Source: Sandaracinaceae bacterium (GTDB taxonomy: Bacteria > Myxococcota_A > Polyangia > Polyangiales > Sandaracinaceae). From it: 64,000 nucleotides of DNA. The DNA lies in assembly GCA_044220955.1 (NCBI GenBank), contig JBGAQA010000002.1, positions 32,001 to 96,000 on the forward strand, in the 5' to 3' direction. The translations under genes and the position numbers were made by a program. This document shows, piece by piece, positions 39,389-49,276 of the stretch (the stretch's first letter is position 1; each line of letters opens with the position of its first letter). The notes beneath the pieces were generated by a model. That model was given only the letters and a program-made list of their open reading frames with translations, was not told where the DNA came from and made no database searches.

Positions 39389-41958
39389 TCGTAGTAGCCC
39401 CGGATGCCGAGGGTCCCGAGGATCGGGAGCCCGGGGATCTGCGCGCTCCGCACGTAGTCGTACTGGTAGACCAGGCCCTCCGCGTTCGTCGCGTTGTACA
39501 CGTTGAGGATGTCGAGGAAGACCGACCCGCGGATGGTGTTCGCGATGTTGAAGTCGCGATCGATGCGGATGTTCAGCTGGTGGAAGATCGGCAGGCGCGC
39601 ACCGAGATCGCAGAACGTGCCGTCGTAGTCGTTGGCGTCGGCGTCGTAGGTCGCAGAGCAGACGCTCAGGGTCGGACGGCCGGTGACGAGCTGGAACGAG
39701 GCGCCGAGGCGCCAGCCGGAGAACTCGTAGCTCGCGACGACGCCGAGGCTGTGCGTCTGGTCGAAGTTCGACACGAACCAGTCGCCGCCGGGGTTGACCC
39801 GCTCGCTGCGCGCGAGGGTGTAGCTGATGCCGCCGTAGAAACCGTCCGCGATCGGGCGGCGGACGTAGACCTCGAGGCCGTAGGCGCGGCCCTGCTGATC
39901 GGCGGTGAAGAAGACCCGCTGCGGCTGCTGCTGCGCGTTCTCGATGATCGCCTGGTGGAAGCGCGCCATGTCCCACATGTACGTGAAGAACCCGGTGACG
40001 CGGGCCAGGATACCGAGCGGCAGGTTCATCTCGAGGCTCAGTGACTGCTGCCACGAGCGCTGCGGGCCGAGCCTCGGGTTTCCGCCCGTCCCGACCGTCT
40101 GGAACGCCTGTGGGGGCTGCGTGAAGAGGCCGGTGGACGCGATGAGCGTCACGTCGTCGGTGAAGTGCAGCCGACCGACGAGGCGCGGATCGGCCGCGAC
40201 GTCGGTGAACTGCCCGTAGCGCAGCAGATCGAGCCGTGTCCCGATGCTGATCTCGACCGGGGCGAAGTTCAGCAGCGCCTCGGCGTAGATGCCAGGCGTG
40301 CCCGACGCGACGCGCGTCCGGAGCGCGATGAGCTGCGGATCGAAGGCCGGGCGGTCGTACTCGCCGAGGCCCGTGGGCGCCGGCGCCGTGATGTCCAGGC
40401 CGAACGAGGTGCCGCTCGCATCGATGCCGAAGTTGGTGCGGAGCCAGGGCGCGAGCTGCGTCGAGACGTCGAGCCTCAGCGCGGTGATGAAGTTCTCGAA
40501 GCGGAAGACCTGCGGCACGGCGCCGGCCTGGCGATTCGAGAACCCCGTGGCGTCCCGTCCGAAGCTGCCGGAGAGCCGGACGGTCGTCTGCTCGCCGACG
40601 CGCCAGTCGAGCCGCACGATCGCGCGCTGGAATTGGTAGGTGATGTTCGTGTTCGTCCCCGACGTGGTCGTGCCGCCGCGGACGGTGCCGGAGTTGTCGA
40701 GCGCGTCGTCCGAGCCGAAGACGAAGACCGAGGCCGAGAAGTGGTCGTCGAAGCGGTACTGAAGTCGCAGCTGGTAGTCGTCGTAGCTGATCGACGGGAA
40801 CGTCTGCCCCGTGGCGGCGCCGATCGCGCCCAGGACCACCTCGTAGTAGCTGCGCCGGAACGCGAGCGCGATCACGCCGCGGTGGTCGTCGAAGGGGATG
40901 AACGCGCGCCCCTCGGCGCGCAGCGCGTCGATCTGGAGCTCGATGTGGAGCGGCGTCTCGTACGGGATGCCCGTGTCGAGGGTGACGATGCCCTGGCCGA
41001 AGCGGCCGTAGCGCACGGGGTAGTTGCCCGGATAGAGATCCTGACGCTCGACGAAGGCGCTGTTGATGACCGTGGGTCCGAGGCCGAAGTGCCAGAGGTT
41101 CGGCACCGGGAAGCCGTCGATGAAGTAGCCGGTGTTCTGGAGGTTGGCGCCTCGGAGGATGAGGAAGGGCAGGCCGAAGGGCAGCCGCGAGATGCCGGGC
41201 GTGAACTGCAGCGCACGAACGGGATCGCCGAACGTGCCGGGCACGGTGCTGAGCTCGGCGCCGGTGAAGGTCATGCGGGTGGCCGCGCCCGGCTCGGGCC
41301 GGTCGACGACGCCGGTCGCGGAGTAGCTCGCGATCTCGTCGTCCTCGAGCTCGGGCTCCGGCGCGGGTGTCGCGCTCTCGCTCTCGCCCTCGCCTTCGCT
41401 CTCGCTCTCGCTCCCGCCCTCGGTCTCGCTCCCGGTCTCGCTCCCGCCCTCGGTCTCGCTCTCGCTCCCGCCCTCGGTCCCGCTCCCGCTCTCGCTCGGC
41501 GTCTCCTCCGGCACTGCGAGCGCATACCGGAACCGGATCCGCGACGGCACGGGCGTCCCATCGCGCGTCGCCGGCTCGAAGCGCATGTCGGGTGCGCTCG
41601 CGAGCACGAGCGCGTCGATGTCCTCGCGCAGGCCCGTCCCGATCGCGGCGTCCGTGACCGCCCCGTCGGCGCCGATCGTCAGCACCAGCTCGACGCTCGA
41701 GCCCGGCGGGACCGGCTCGGCGCCCTCGGGCAGCGTGACCGGCGGGGCCTCGATCAGCCGCGGCGGAGTGCGCGAGGGACCGACCGGTGCGGCTCCGGCG
41801 TCCGGATCGCCCGGCCCGGCGTCGAGATCGCCGGTCCCCGCGTCGGCCACGGGAACACCGGCGTCGGCGTCCGCCTGCGCCGCGACGCGCGACGGCCACG
41901 CCATCGCCCACGCGAGCAGCACGCAAACCGCAGCGGGCGTCCACCGACGCAGAGTCAT
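39385..41958 (-). CDS. TonB-dependent receptor with N-terminal TonB-C domain
   Basis: FEPATRDG TonB-C, plug VPGTFGDP...RG, YPGNYPVRYGR, barrel ending NVYN...GIRGYY. Confidence 0.9.
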   Translation of the reverse strand: MTLRRWTPAAVCVLLAWAMAWPSRVAAQADADAGVPVADAGTGDLDAGPGDPDAGAAPVGPSRTPPRLIEAPPVTLPEGAEPVPPGSSVELVLTIGADGAVTDAAIGTGLREDIDALVLASAPDMRFEPATRDGTPVPSRIRFRYALAVPEETPSESGSGTEGGSESETEGGSETGSETEGGSESESEGEGESESATPAPEPELEDDEIASYSATGVVDRPEPGAATRMTFTGAELSTVPGTFGDPVRALQFTPGISRLPFGLPFLILRGANLQNTGYFIDGFPVPNLWHFGLGPTVINSAFVERQDLYPGNYPVRYGRFGQGIVTLDTGIPYETPLHIELQIDALRAEGRAFIPFDDHRGVIALAFRRSYYEVVLGAIGAATGQTFPSISYDDYQLRLQYRFDDHFSASVFVFGSDDALDNSGTVRGGTTTSGTNTNITYQFQRAIVRLDWRVGEQTTVRLSGSFGRDATGFSNRQAGAVPQVFRFENFITALRLDVSTQLAPWLRTNFGIDASGTSFGLDITAPAPTGLGEYDRPAFDPQLIALRTRVASGTPGIYAEALLNFAPVEISIGTRLDLLRYGQFTDVAADPRLVGRLHFTDDVTLIASTGLFTQPPQAFQTVGTGGNPRLGPQRSWQQSLSLEMNLPLGILARVTGFFTYMWDMARFHQAIIENAQQQPQRVFFTADQQGRAYGLEVYVRRPIADGFYGGISYTLARSERVNPGGDWFVSNFDQTHSLGVVASYEFSGWRLGASFQLVTGRPTLSVCSATYDADANDYDGTFCDLGARLPIFHQLNIRIDRDFNIANTIRGSVFLDILNVYNATNAEGLVYQYDYVRSAQIPGLPILGTLGIRGYYE
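41375..41497 (-). repeat. Low-complexity Glu/Ser/Gly linker repeat (ETEGGS/ES units)
   Basis: CTCGCT hexamers and CTCCCGCCCTCGGTC units repeated three times. Confidence 0.8.
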
Positions 41959-41992
41959 CGCCGGCCACGCCGTAGCACGGCTGGCCGTTCCG

Positions 41993-42634
41993 TCACAGCC
42001 GGAGGATCTCGTCGGCGCGCTCGACCACGTGGTCGACCCCGGCCTCCTCGAGCTCCTCGCGATCGCGAAAGCCCCAGAGCACGCCGACGCTCCGCATGCC
42101 TGCAGCACGCGCGGTGAGCACGTCGATCGCCGTGTCACCGACGAAGACGCAGTCGGCAGGCGCGATCCCCAGCGCCTCGGCCGCAGCCAGCGCGGGAGCC
42201 GGGTCCGGCTTCTTCGCCAGACCCGCGCGCTCGCCGACGACGACGCCGAAGGTCTCTCTCGCGAACAGAGCGTGGGCGATCGCACGCGCCGGGGCCTCGG
42301 GCTTGTTCGTCACGACGCCGAGCCGGTCCCCGCGCCGGGCGAGAGCGTCGAGCAGGGCCACGATCCCCGCGTAGGGCCGCGAGAGGGCGACCATGTTCCT
42401 CGCGTAGTGCGAGCGATATCGGGCGAGCGCGTCGTCCCGCAGCGCCTCGCGCCCCGGCGGGAGCGCGCGTGCGACGAGGGAGGCGGCGCCCTCCCCCACC
42501 AGGTGCCGGTACGCAGCGATCGAGTGCTCGGGCAGCCCGAGGTCGCGCAGGGCGAGGTTCATCGAGCCGCCGATGTCCGCGAGGGAGTCGACGATCGTGC
42601 CGTCCATGTCGAACAAGAACGCGCGCACCTTCAC
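41993..42634 (-). CDS. HAD phosphatase (phosphoglycolate phosphatase-like)
   Basis: DMDGT, TNK, KPDP and VGD...D. Confidence 0.9.
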   Translation of the reverse strand: MKVRAFLFDMDGTIVDSLADIGGSMNLALRDLGLPEHSIAAYRHLVGEGAASLVARALPPGREALRDDALARYRSHYARNMVALSRPYAGIVALLDALARRGDRLGVVTNKPEAPARAIAHALFARETFGVVVGERAGLAKKPDPAPALAAAEALGIAPADCVFVGDTAIDVLTARAAGMRSVGVLWGFRDREELEEAGVDHVVERADEILRL

Positions 42635-43734
42635 CTCGCGAACAAGCTCGCACGGTCCTTGAACGACTTGACCTCGATCGCGTTGCCGCTCGGATCACGA
42701 AGGAAGAACGTCGCCTGTTCACCGACCTGGCCGGCGAAGCGGATTCGCGGTGCGATCAGGAAGGTCGCTCCGAGCGTCTCGAGCTTCGTCGCGAGCGCGT
42801 GCCACTCGTCCCAGGGCAGCACCGCGCCGTGGTGCCGCACGGGCACGTCGTCGCCGTCGACCTCGTTGGTCGCCTCGGCGTCGAGCCGCTCCGAGACGTG
42901 GGCGCTGATCTGGTGACCGTAGAAGTCGAAGTCGATCCAGCGCTCCGCCTCGCGCCCGACCACGCAGCCGAGCACGTCCACGTAGAACCGGCGCGTGGAC
43001 TCGACGTCCTTCACCGGGAACGCGAGGTGGAACGGGACCCGCGGCGCCTCGCGAGGGCCGAGCAGCCCGTCGACGTACGCGGCGACGCTCGGCGCCCGCT
43101 CACCCTGGAAGTCGGGATAGAACCCGAGCGGGTCGATCAGCACCGCACGCATCCCCGCGGCGTGGGCGCCGGCGACGTCCACGCCCGGGATGTCACCGAG
43201 GTAGACCGACTGCGCCGCCGACTGCCCCGTCCGCGCGAGGGCGCGGCGGAACAGCTCGGGGTCGGGCTTGCGCACCCCCTCGTGGTGCGAGTCGATCACC
43301 TCCACGATGAACGGCGCGAGGCCCACCTTCTCGAAGAGGGCCGGCAGCGCCCCTTCCGAGTTCGACACGACCGAGACGTGGATGCCGGCCTCGCGGAGGC
43401 GTCCGAGCGCCGCGTGTAGCCCCTCGGGCGTGCGGCGCCAGAGGTTGAAGGCGTCGTGCGCGCGGCGCAGCGGCGCCACCATGGCGCGCGCGTGGGTCTC
43501 GCCGAGGCCCGCGGCGGCGAGCAGGGTGACGAGGTAGAGGCCCCAGCCGTCCTCGTGGGAGACGCCCTGCCGCATCAGCGCCTCGTACCGACGCTTCGCG
43601 CTGCCCTCCACCTCTCGCAGGGCGCTCGCCGACACGGGATGGCCGTGCGCCGACACGACGTCGGCCACGGCCTGGTGATCGAGGAACACGATCGTGTTCC
43701 CTGCGTCCAGGAACACCGCGCGGGGTCGGCTCAC
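42631..43734 (-). CDS. HAD hydrolase fused to VOC/glyoxalase domain
   Basis: DAGNT, SN, KPDP and GD, then PFHLAF...DFDFYGHQ...DPSGNAIEVK in one frame. Confidence 0.85.
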   Translation of the reverse strand: MSRPRAVFLDAGNTIVFLDHQAVADVVSAHGHPVSASALREVEGSAKRRYEALMRQGVSHEDGWGLYLVTLLAAAGLGETHARAMVAPLRRAHDAFNLWRRTPEGLHAALGRLREAGIHVSVVSNSEGALPALFEKVGLAPFIVEVIDSHHEGVRKPDPELFRRALARTGQSAAQSVYLGDIPGVDVAGAHAAGMRAVLIDPLGFYPDFQGERAPSVAAYVDGLLGPREAPRVPFHLAFPVKDVESTRRFYVDVLGCVVGREAERWIDFDFYGHQISAHVSERLDAEATNEVDGDDVPVRHHGAVLPWDEWHALATKLETLGATFLIAPRIRFAGQVGEQATFFLRDPSGNAIEVKSFKDRASLFAR

Positions 43735-43764
43735 GACGGTGGGATCGCCCACGACGAGGGACGA

Positions 43765-44148
43765 TCAGAGCAGGGAGATCAGTCGCTTGGCGCGCTCCTC
43801 GGCGGCCGCGAGGATGCTCTTGGCCTCGTCCTCGGGGACGCGGACCTTCTTCACGAGCGCGTCGAGGACCTCTTTCTCCTCGTCGCTCTGGTGCCCGTCG
43901 ATGTACGTCAGGATGACGGCGTGCTGGAGCAGCGCGCGGCGGTCGGCGGCGGACAGATCGGTCACGGGGACGTCCTCGATCGAGCGCTGGGTCTTGGCGT
44001 ACTCGCGGATGGCGTCGGCGTCCTTGTCGTGGACCTCGAAGGCCGAGATGAGCGCCTCGATGACCTCGTGCTCCTCGGCCTCGACTCGACCGTCCGCCCA
44101 CGCGACAGCGACCAGCGACTTGAGCATCGCCTCTTGGTAGTCCTCCAT
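43765..44148 (-). CDS. TerB-family protein
   Basis: Duplicated ADG...E / IDG...EE motifs; AGGAGAGG RBS. Confidence 0.82.
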   Translation of the reverse strand: MEDYQEAMLKSLVAVAWADGRVEAEEHEVIEALISAFEVHDKDADAIREYAKTQRSIEDVPVTDLSAADRRALLQHAVILTYIDGHQSDEEKEVLDALVKKVRVPEDEAKSILAAAEERAKRLISLL

Positions 44149-44217
44149 CGTCCCTCTCCTCGGCGCGAGGCTATCACATGCGTCGATTCGGGGGATCGTG
44201 TGCGAGAGTGGGCTCCG

Positions 44218-45810
44218 GTGCGCGCCCTCCTCGCCCTCGCCGTCGTCACGCTCGCGCTCGCGGCGCCGGTGTGCGCGAGCGCCGACGACGCCGGGCTCGA
44301 CGCCGGGGTCGATGGCGGCCTCGGTGCCGACGCCGGGCTCGACGCCGGGACCGACGCGAGCGCGGCGACGGCGCTCGACGCCGGGCTCGACGCCGGCCCC
44401 GTGGCGGGCGCGGAGATCGGCCGAGGCGGCGACCCCGCGGCGAGCGTGACGCCCGCGGTGGCGGCCGAGGCGTCGAGCGCGGACGTGATCCGCACGCTGC
44501 TCGGTCTGGTCGCCCTGATCGTCCTGGCCTACGTCGGCGGCCACCCACGCATCACGAAGCTCGAGGAGCGCCTCGGCATCGCGCAGGTGATGACGAGCGG
44601 GCTGCCCTACGTCTTCCTCGGCCTTCTCGCCCAGCAGCCGGCGCTCGACGTCCTCAACGAGAGCACGCTGCGCTCGATCCTGCCCCTGCTCCAGTTCGGC
44701 CTGGGCTGGATCGGCTTCCAGACGGGCTTCTCGCTCGAGGCGGGCGCGCTCGACCGGGTCGCGCGCGGCACGGGCACGGTCGTGATCCTGCTCTCGAGCT
44801 TCCCGTTCCTGGTGATCTCGGGGGCGTCCGCGCTCTTTCTGTGGGCGGTCGGGCTCGGGCCCGATCCCGTGGCCCTCGCGCGCGACGCGTGCCTCCTCGG
44901 CCTGGCGGGAGCGCTCTCGGCGCCGACGCTGGAGCGCGTGATCGGGCAGCGCATGAGCGCGCCAGCGCTCGAGCTGGCGCGCGCGATCGCGCTGCTCGAC
45001 GACGTCCTCGGCGTGGCTGCCCTCGCATGCCTCGCGGCGTTCCTGCACGTCGGCACTGCCGCCGACGCCCGAGGCCACTGGCAGCTCCCTGGCGTCGGCT
45101 GGATCTTCGTCACGTTCGGCATGGCCGTCTCGATCGGCCTGGTGGTCTACGTGGTGCTTCGCGGCACCGACTCGGGTGGCGAGAAGACGTCGCTCTTGCT
45201 CGGATCCGTGGCGCTCACGGCGGGCCTGGCCGGCTACCTCTCCCTCTCGCCGCTCGTGATCTGCTTCTTCGCGGGCGTGCTCCTGCGCAACCTGCCCGGC
45301 GACGACAAGCCGGAGCTGGAGGGCACCTTCCGGCGGCTCGAGCGGCCGATCTACCTTCTGTTCCTCGTCATCGTGGGCGCGCTCTGGCGCATCGACGACT
45401 GGCGCGGCTGGCTGCTCCTGCCGGTGTTCGTCGGCGCGCGCCTGATCGGCCGCTACGCGGGCGCTCGGACGGCGCGGCGGCTGCCTGCGAGCGAGCGCCC
45501 GGGCGCCCTCGACGACACGGAGGATCGCGACCTGGTGGCGCCGCCGATGGGACAGCTCGCGCTCGCGTTCGTTGTGACGGCGCAGACGCTCTACGAGAGC
45601 CCCGCGGTGCAGGCGGTCGTCACGTCGGTGATCGGTGGCGCCGTGCTCGTCGAGGTCCTCGTGCAGGTCTCGAGCCGCCGTGCCCGGGCCGTGCCCGCCG
45701 CGGCGACGGACGCCGATCCAGCGGGTCCCGCGCCCGATCCCGCGCCCGATCCCGCGCCGGGTCCCGGTCCGGGCCCCGATCCCGCGCCGCCCCCGGAGCC
45801 CGGGTCGTGA
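44218..45810 (+). CDS. Cation:proton antiporter-like membrane protein A
   Basis: Signal peptide, DAG repeats, about 12 TM helices, LLDD motif. Confidence 0.78.
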   Translation: MRALLALAVVTLALAAPVCASADDAGLDAGVDGGLGADAGLDAGTDASAATALDAGLDAGPVAGAEIGRGGDPAASVTPAVAAEASSADVIRTLLGLVALIVLAYVGGHPRITKLEERLGIAQVMTSGLPYVFLGLLAQQPALDVLNESTLRSILPLLQFGLGWIGFQTGFSLEAGALDRVARGTGTVVILLSSFPFLVISGASALFLWAVGLGPDPVALARDACLLGLAGALSAPTLERVIGQRMSAPALELARAIALLDDVLGVAALACLAAFLHVGTAADARGHWQLPGVGWIFVTFGMAVSIGLVVYVVLRGTDSGGEKTSLLLGSVALTAGLAGYLSLSPLVICFFAGVLLRNLPGDDKPELEGTFRRLERPIYLLFLVIVGALWRIDDWRGWLLLPVFVGARLIGRYAGARTARRLPASERPGALDDTEDRDLVAPPMGQLALAFVVTAQTLYESPAVQAVVTSVIGGAVLVEVLVQVSSRRARAVPAAATDADPAGPAPDPAPDPAPGPGPGPDPAPPPEPGS

Positions 45811-47177
45811 TGAGCACGATCAAGCGACTGCTGGTCATCATCACGATCTGCGGCGTCATGCAGGCCGTCGAGTCGTTCGGCGATCCCTCGTCGGACCCGC
45901 GTCGCTCGGCCTCGGCCCTCGTCGTCGGCGTCGGCTTCGTGCTCATCGCCGCGTGGTTCTCCGGACGCATCTTCGCGACGATGCGGCTGCCGAAGCTGAC
46001 GGGCTATCTCGCGATGGGGATCGTCGCCGGTCCGCTGCTCGGTCTGCTCGCGCCGTCGACGGTGAGCAACATGGGGATCGTCAACGGCATGGCGACGGCG
46101 CTCATCGCGCTGACCGGCGGCAGCGAGATGGACTTCCGCGCGATGCGCCCGCTGTTCCGGTCGATCGCCTGGATCTCGCTCATCGCCGTGGTCGGCACGG
46201 CCATCGCCCTCGCGGCCCTCGCGTTCGTGCTCGCCCCCCAGCTCACCTTCATGCACGGGCTCGCGCCGCTCGCGCGCCTCGCCGTCTCGGTGGTCGTCGG
46301 CATCGTCGTCGTGGCGCAGTCCCCGGCGGTCGTCGTGGCGATCCGCGCCGAGACGGGCGCCGACGGTCCGGTCGCGCGCACGTCCCTGGGCGTCGTCGTG
46401 CTCGCGGATCTGCTCGTGATCGTGCTCTTCGCGATCGCCAGCTCCGCCGCGGACGCCGTCCTCTCGGGGAACGCCGACTTCGACCGCACGGTCCGCGACA
46501 TGGCGTGGGAGCTCTTCGGGAGCCTCGGCATCGGGATCTCGATCGGCGCGATCCTCTCGGCGTGGCTGCGCTTCGTGGGCGAGCGCGGGCTCGATCTCTT
46601 CGTGCTGCTGGTCTGCTTCGTGACGGCCGAGGTCGGGCGACGCGTGCGCCTCGACCCGCTGCTGCTGATGCTGGCCGCCGGCATGTTCGTGGAGAACGTG
46701 AGCCGGCGGGGCGCGGTGCTGCGGCGCGCGTTCGAGGACGCGTCGCTCCCCGTCTACATCGTCTTCTTCACGGTCGCCGGCGCCAGCGTGCACCTCGGCG
46801 AGCTGCCGACGGTCGCGCTCCCCGCTGCGGCGTTCATCTTCGTGCGCGCGTTCGGTCTCTACTTCGGGACGACGCTCGCGGCACGCGTCTCGGGCGCGGA
46901 CCCGTCGGTCCGCAAGTACGGTGGCTTCGGCCTGCTCCCGCAGGCCGGCCTCGCGATCGCCCTCTCGCAGCTCTTCTCGCGCACGTTCCCGACGCTCGGC
47001 CCGAGCACCGCCGCGCTCACGCTCAGCATCGTGGCGATCAACGAGATCGTGGCGCCGGCGCTCTTCCGGCTCGCGCTCGTGCGCTCGGGCGAGGCGGCGT
47101 CCGTGCCCGCCTCGAGCGCCGGGACGCTCGAGGCGGTCGCCCACGAGGCAGACGCGCCCGACTCGCCGGCCCACTGA
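45810..47177 (+). CDS. Cation:proton antiporter (CPA2-like) B
   Basis: LPKLTGY, QSPAV, LAD, FFTVAG and QAGLA; TGATG coupling to the upstream gene. Confidence 0.85.
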   Translation: MSTIKRLLVIITICGVMQAVESFGDPSSDPRRSASALVVGVGFVLIAAWFSGRIFATMRLPKLTGYLAMGIVAGPLLGLLAPSTVSNMGIVNGMATALIALTGGSEMDFRAMRPLFRSIAWISLIAVVGTAIALAALAFVLAPQLTFMHGLAPLARLAVSVVVGIVVVAQSPAVVVAIRAETGADGPVARTSLGVVVLADLLVIVLFAIASSAADAVLSGNADFDRTVRDMAWELFGSLGIGISIGAILSAWLRFVGERGLDLFVLLVCFVTAEVGRRVRLDPLLLMLAAGMFVENVSRRGAVLRRAFEDASLPVYIVFFTVAGASVHLGELPTVALPAAAFIFVRAFGLYFGTTLAARVSGADPSVRKYGGFGLLPQAGLAIALSQLFSRTFPTLGPSTAALTLSIVAINEIVAPALFRLALVRSGEAASVPASSAGTLEAVAHEADAPDSPAH

Positions 47178-47237
47178 CGCTCGCGGAGTGGAACCTGCGG
47201 CGCGGGGGCGCGTTCCCGCTATCCTCGACCCCGCACG

Positions 47238-47954
47238 ATGTCGTTCGCCTCGTCCTACGTCGCGTCCGTCCGCGCCTCGCTCGCGAGCCGCAAGCGCATC
47301 GCCGCGCCCGGCATCGCGCGCGTCGCCATCCCGCTCGCGACCGCCCTGTTCGGCATCGTGATCCTCGCGTACGGGCTCTCGCCTGCCGACGACGTCGACT
47401 TCCACTTCCGCGAGGAGGAGGGGATCGTCACCACGATGTCGGCGATCTCGCTGGCGATGGCGAGCGGCTTCGCGGGTGCCTGCTGGCTGATCGAGGGACG
47501 GCCTGGACACGGGCTGCGCCTCTGGTGGCTCCTGACCTGCGTGGGCTTCTTCTTCTTCGCGTGCGACGAGCTGCTCCGCTTCCACGAGCACGCCGGGACG
47601 CTCCTGCGCCACGAGGTGCTCGGCCGTCCGGAGCACCTGTTCCGCAACTGGAACGACGCGATCGTCCTGCTCTACGGCGTCGTCGCGCTCGTCGTCGTCG
47701 GGTTCTTCCTGCCGCGCGTGCTGCGGATGCCGCTGCACGTCGAGCTTCTCGGGATCGGCTTCGTCGCGTACTGCGTCCACACCGCGGTCGACCTGATGCC
47801 GCACACCGAGGGCGTGATCGGGCGCTTCATGTCGTCGATCCCGTCGAGCATCCCCGAGGAGTCGGCGAAGATGTTCGCGTCGGCGTTCTTCGCGAACGCG
47901 ATGCTCCAGGCCCTGCGGATCCTCGCGCGAGTGCCGAGCGCGGAGAAGGCCTGA
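47238..47954 (+). CDS. Hypothetical polytopic membrane protein
   Basis: About 6 TM helices with DE...FHE and EE charged motifs. Confidence 0.7.
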   Translation: MSFASSYVASVRASLASRKRIAAPGIARVAIPLATALFGIVILAYGLSPADDVDFHFREEEGIVTTMSAISLAMASGFAGACWLIEGRPGHGLRLWWLLTCVGFFFFACDELLRFHEHAGTLLRHEVLGRPEHLFRNWNDAIVLLYGVVALVVVGFFLPRVLRMPLHVELLGIGFVAYCVHTAVDLMPHTEGVIGRFMSSIPSSIPEESAKMFASAFFANAMLQALRILARVPSAEKA

Positions 47955-47956
47955 CG

Positions 47957-49114
47957 ATGGCGCGGCCCGCCGCGCTGAAGCGGCTCGTGCTGACGCTGAT
48001 TTCCACCGCGTTCTCGCTGGGGATCGCGGAGGCCGCCGTGCGCGTGCTCGGCGTCACGGATCCGGTGTTTCGCGACTCGGACCCGGTGCTCGGGTGGGTC
48101 CCCGCGCCAGGCGCGCACGGCTGGTGGACGCGCGAGGGGCGAGGCTACGTCGCGATCACCGACCACGGGTTTCGCGGGGTGGACCTGCCGCCGGGACGCG
48201 CGCCGAGTGGAACGCTGCGCATCGCGCTCGTCGGCGACAGCTACGTCGAGGCCCGACAGGTCGCGCTCGAGGACTCGATCGGCGCGCGCCTGCCGCGCGA
48301 GCTGGAGAGCTGCGCGCCCGGGCCGGTCGAGGTGCTGGCGTTCGGGGTCAGCGGCTACGGCACCGCGCAGGAGTACCTGCTCTTTCGCGAGCGCATCGCG
48401 CGGTACCACCCGGACGTCGTGCTGCTCGCGTTCCTCACGGGCAACGACGTCGCCGACAACCAGCCCGACGTACGCATGAACGACGACCCGAGCCCGTACT
48501 TCTCGCTCGGCCCGGGCGGCGCGCTCGTGCTCGACACGAGCTTCGCCGAGACGGAGGAGTACCGGACGCGCGCGAGCGACGCCGGCTGGCTCTGGTTCCG
48601 GCGGCACTCGCAGCTCGTGCGCGCTCTCTACGGCATCGGCGGCCACGGCAACGGCGCCGCGCGCGGGGAGCTGGGCTTGTCCGACGAGGTGTACTCACCG
48701 CCGGTGACGCCGGGATGGCAGGACGCGTGGGCGCGCACCGAGGCGATCCTCGCGCACTACGCGCGCGACGTGGAGCGCGAGGGAGGCCGCTTCGCGGTCG
48801 TCACGTTGTCCAACGCCATCCAGGTGGACCCCGAGCCAGACGCGCGGGAGCGCTATCGCGTTGCCATCCACGCGGACGACCTCGACTACCCGGACCATCG
48901 CGTCGCGGAGGCGGGCGCGCGCGACGGCTATCCGGTGCTCAACCTCGCGCCGGCGCTGCGCGCGTACGCGGAGACGCACCACGAGTGGGTGCATGGCTTC
49001 CCCAACACGACGATGGGCACGGGCCACTGGAACGAGACCGGCCACCGCGTCGGCGCCGAGGAGACGGCGCGCTGGCTCTGCGCTCGGGGCCTGGCGGCTC
49101 ACCAGAGCGAGTAG
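47957..49114 (+). CDS. Membrane-anchored SGNH/GDSL protein (AlgJ/DltD-like fold)
   Basis: N-terminal TM; GDSY, GVSGYGTAQE, GND and GHWNETGH blocks. Confidence 0.88.
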   Translation: MARPAALKRLVLTLISTAFSLGIAEAAVRVLGVTDPVFRDSDPVLGWVPAPGAHGWWTREGRGYVAITDHGFRGVDLPPGRAPSGTLRIALVGDSYVEARQVALEDSIGARLPRELESCAPGPVEVLAFGVSGYGTAQEYLLFRERIARYHPDVVLLAFLTGNDVADNQPDVRMNDDPSPYFSLGPGGALVLDTSFAETEEYRTRASDAGWLWFRRHSQLVRALYGIGGHGNGAARGELGLSDEVYSPPVTPGWQDAWARTEAILAHYARDVEREGGRFAVVTLSNAIQVDPEPDARERYRVAIHADDLDYPDHRVAEAGARDGYPVLNLAPALRAYAETHHEWVHGFPNTTMGTGHWNETGHRVGAEETARWLCARGLAAHQSE

Positions 49115-49263
49115 AGGAAGGGCGTCGACGCCTGGCCGGCGAAGATCACCACGCCGAGCAGCCCGAGCACGAGCACGAGCGGGACGATCCAGTACACCTT
49201 GTTCTCGCCCGCGAAGCGCACGATGTGCCCGAGCAGCGTCCCCACGTACCGAAGCCGTCCCAT
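49099..49263 (-). CDS. DUF5989/SxtK-like small membrane peptide (54 aa)
   Basis: ENKVYWIVP, TM helix, PFLYSLW end; lies downstream of the carbamoyltransferase. Confidence 0.85.
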   Translation of the reverse strand: MGRLRYVGTLLGHIVRFAGENKVYWIVPLVLVLGLLGVVIFAGQASTPFLYSLW

Positions 49264-49276
49264 GCACCCAGCATAC

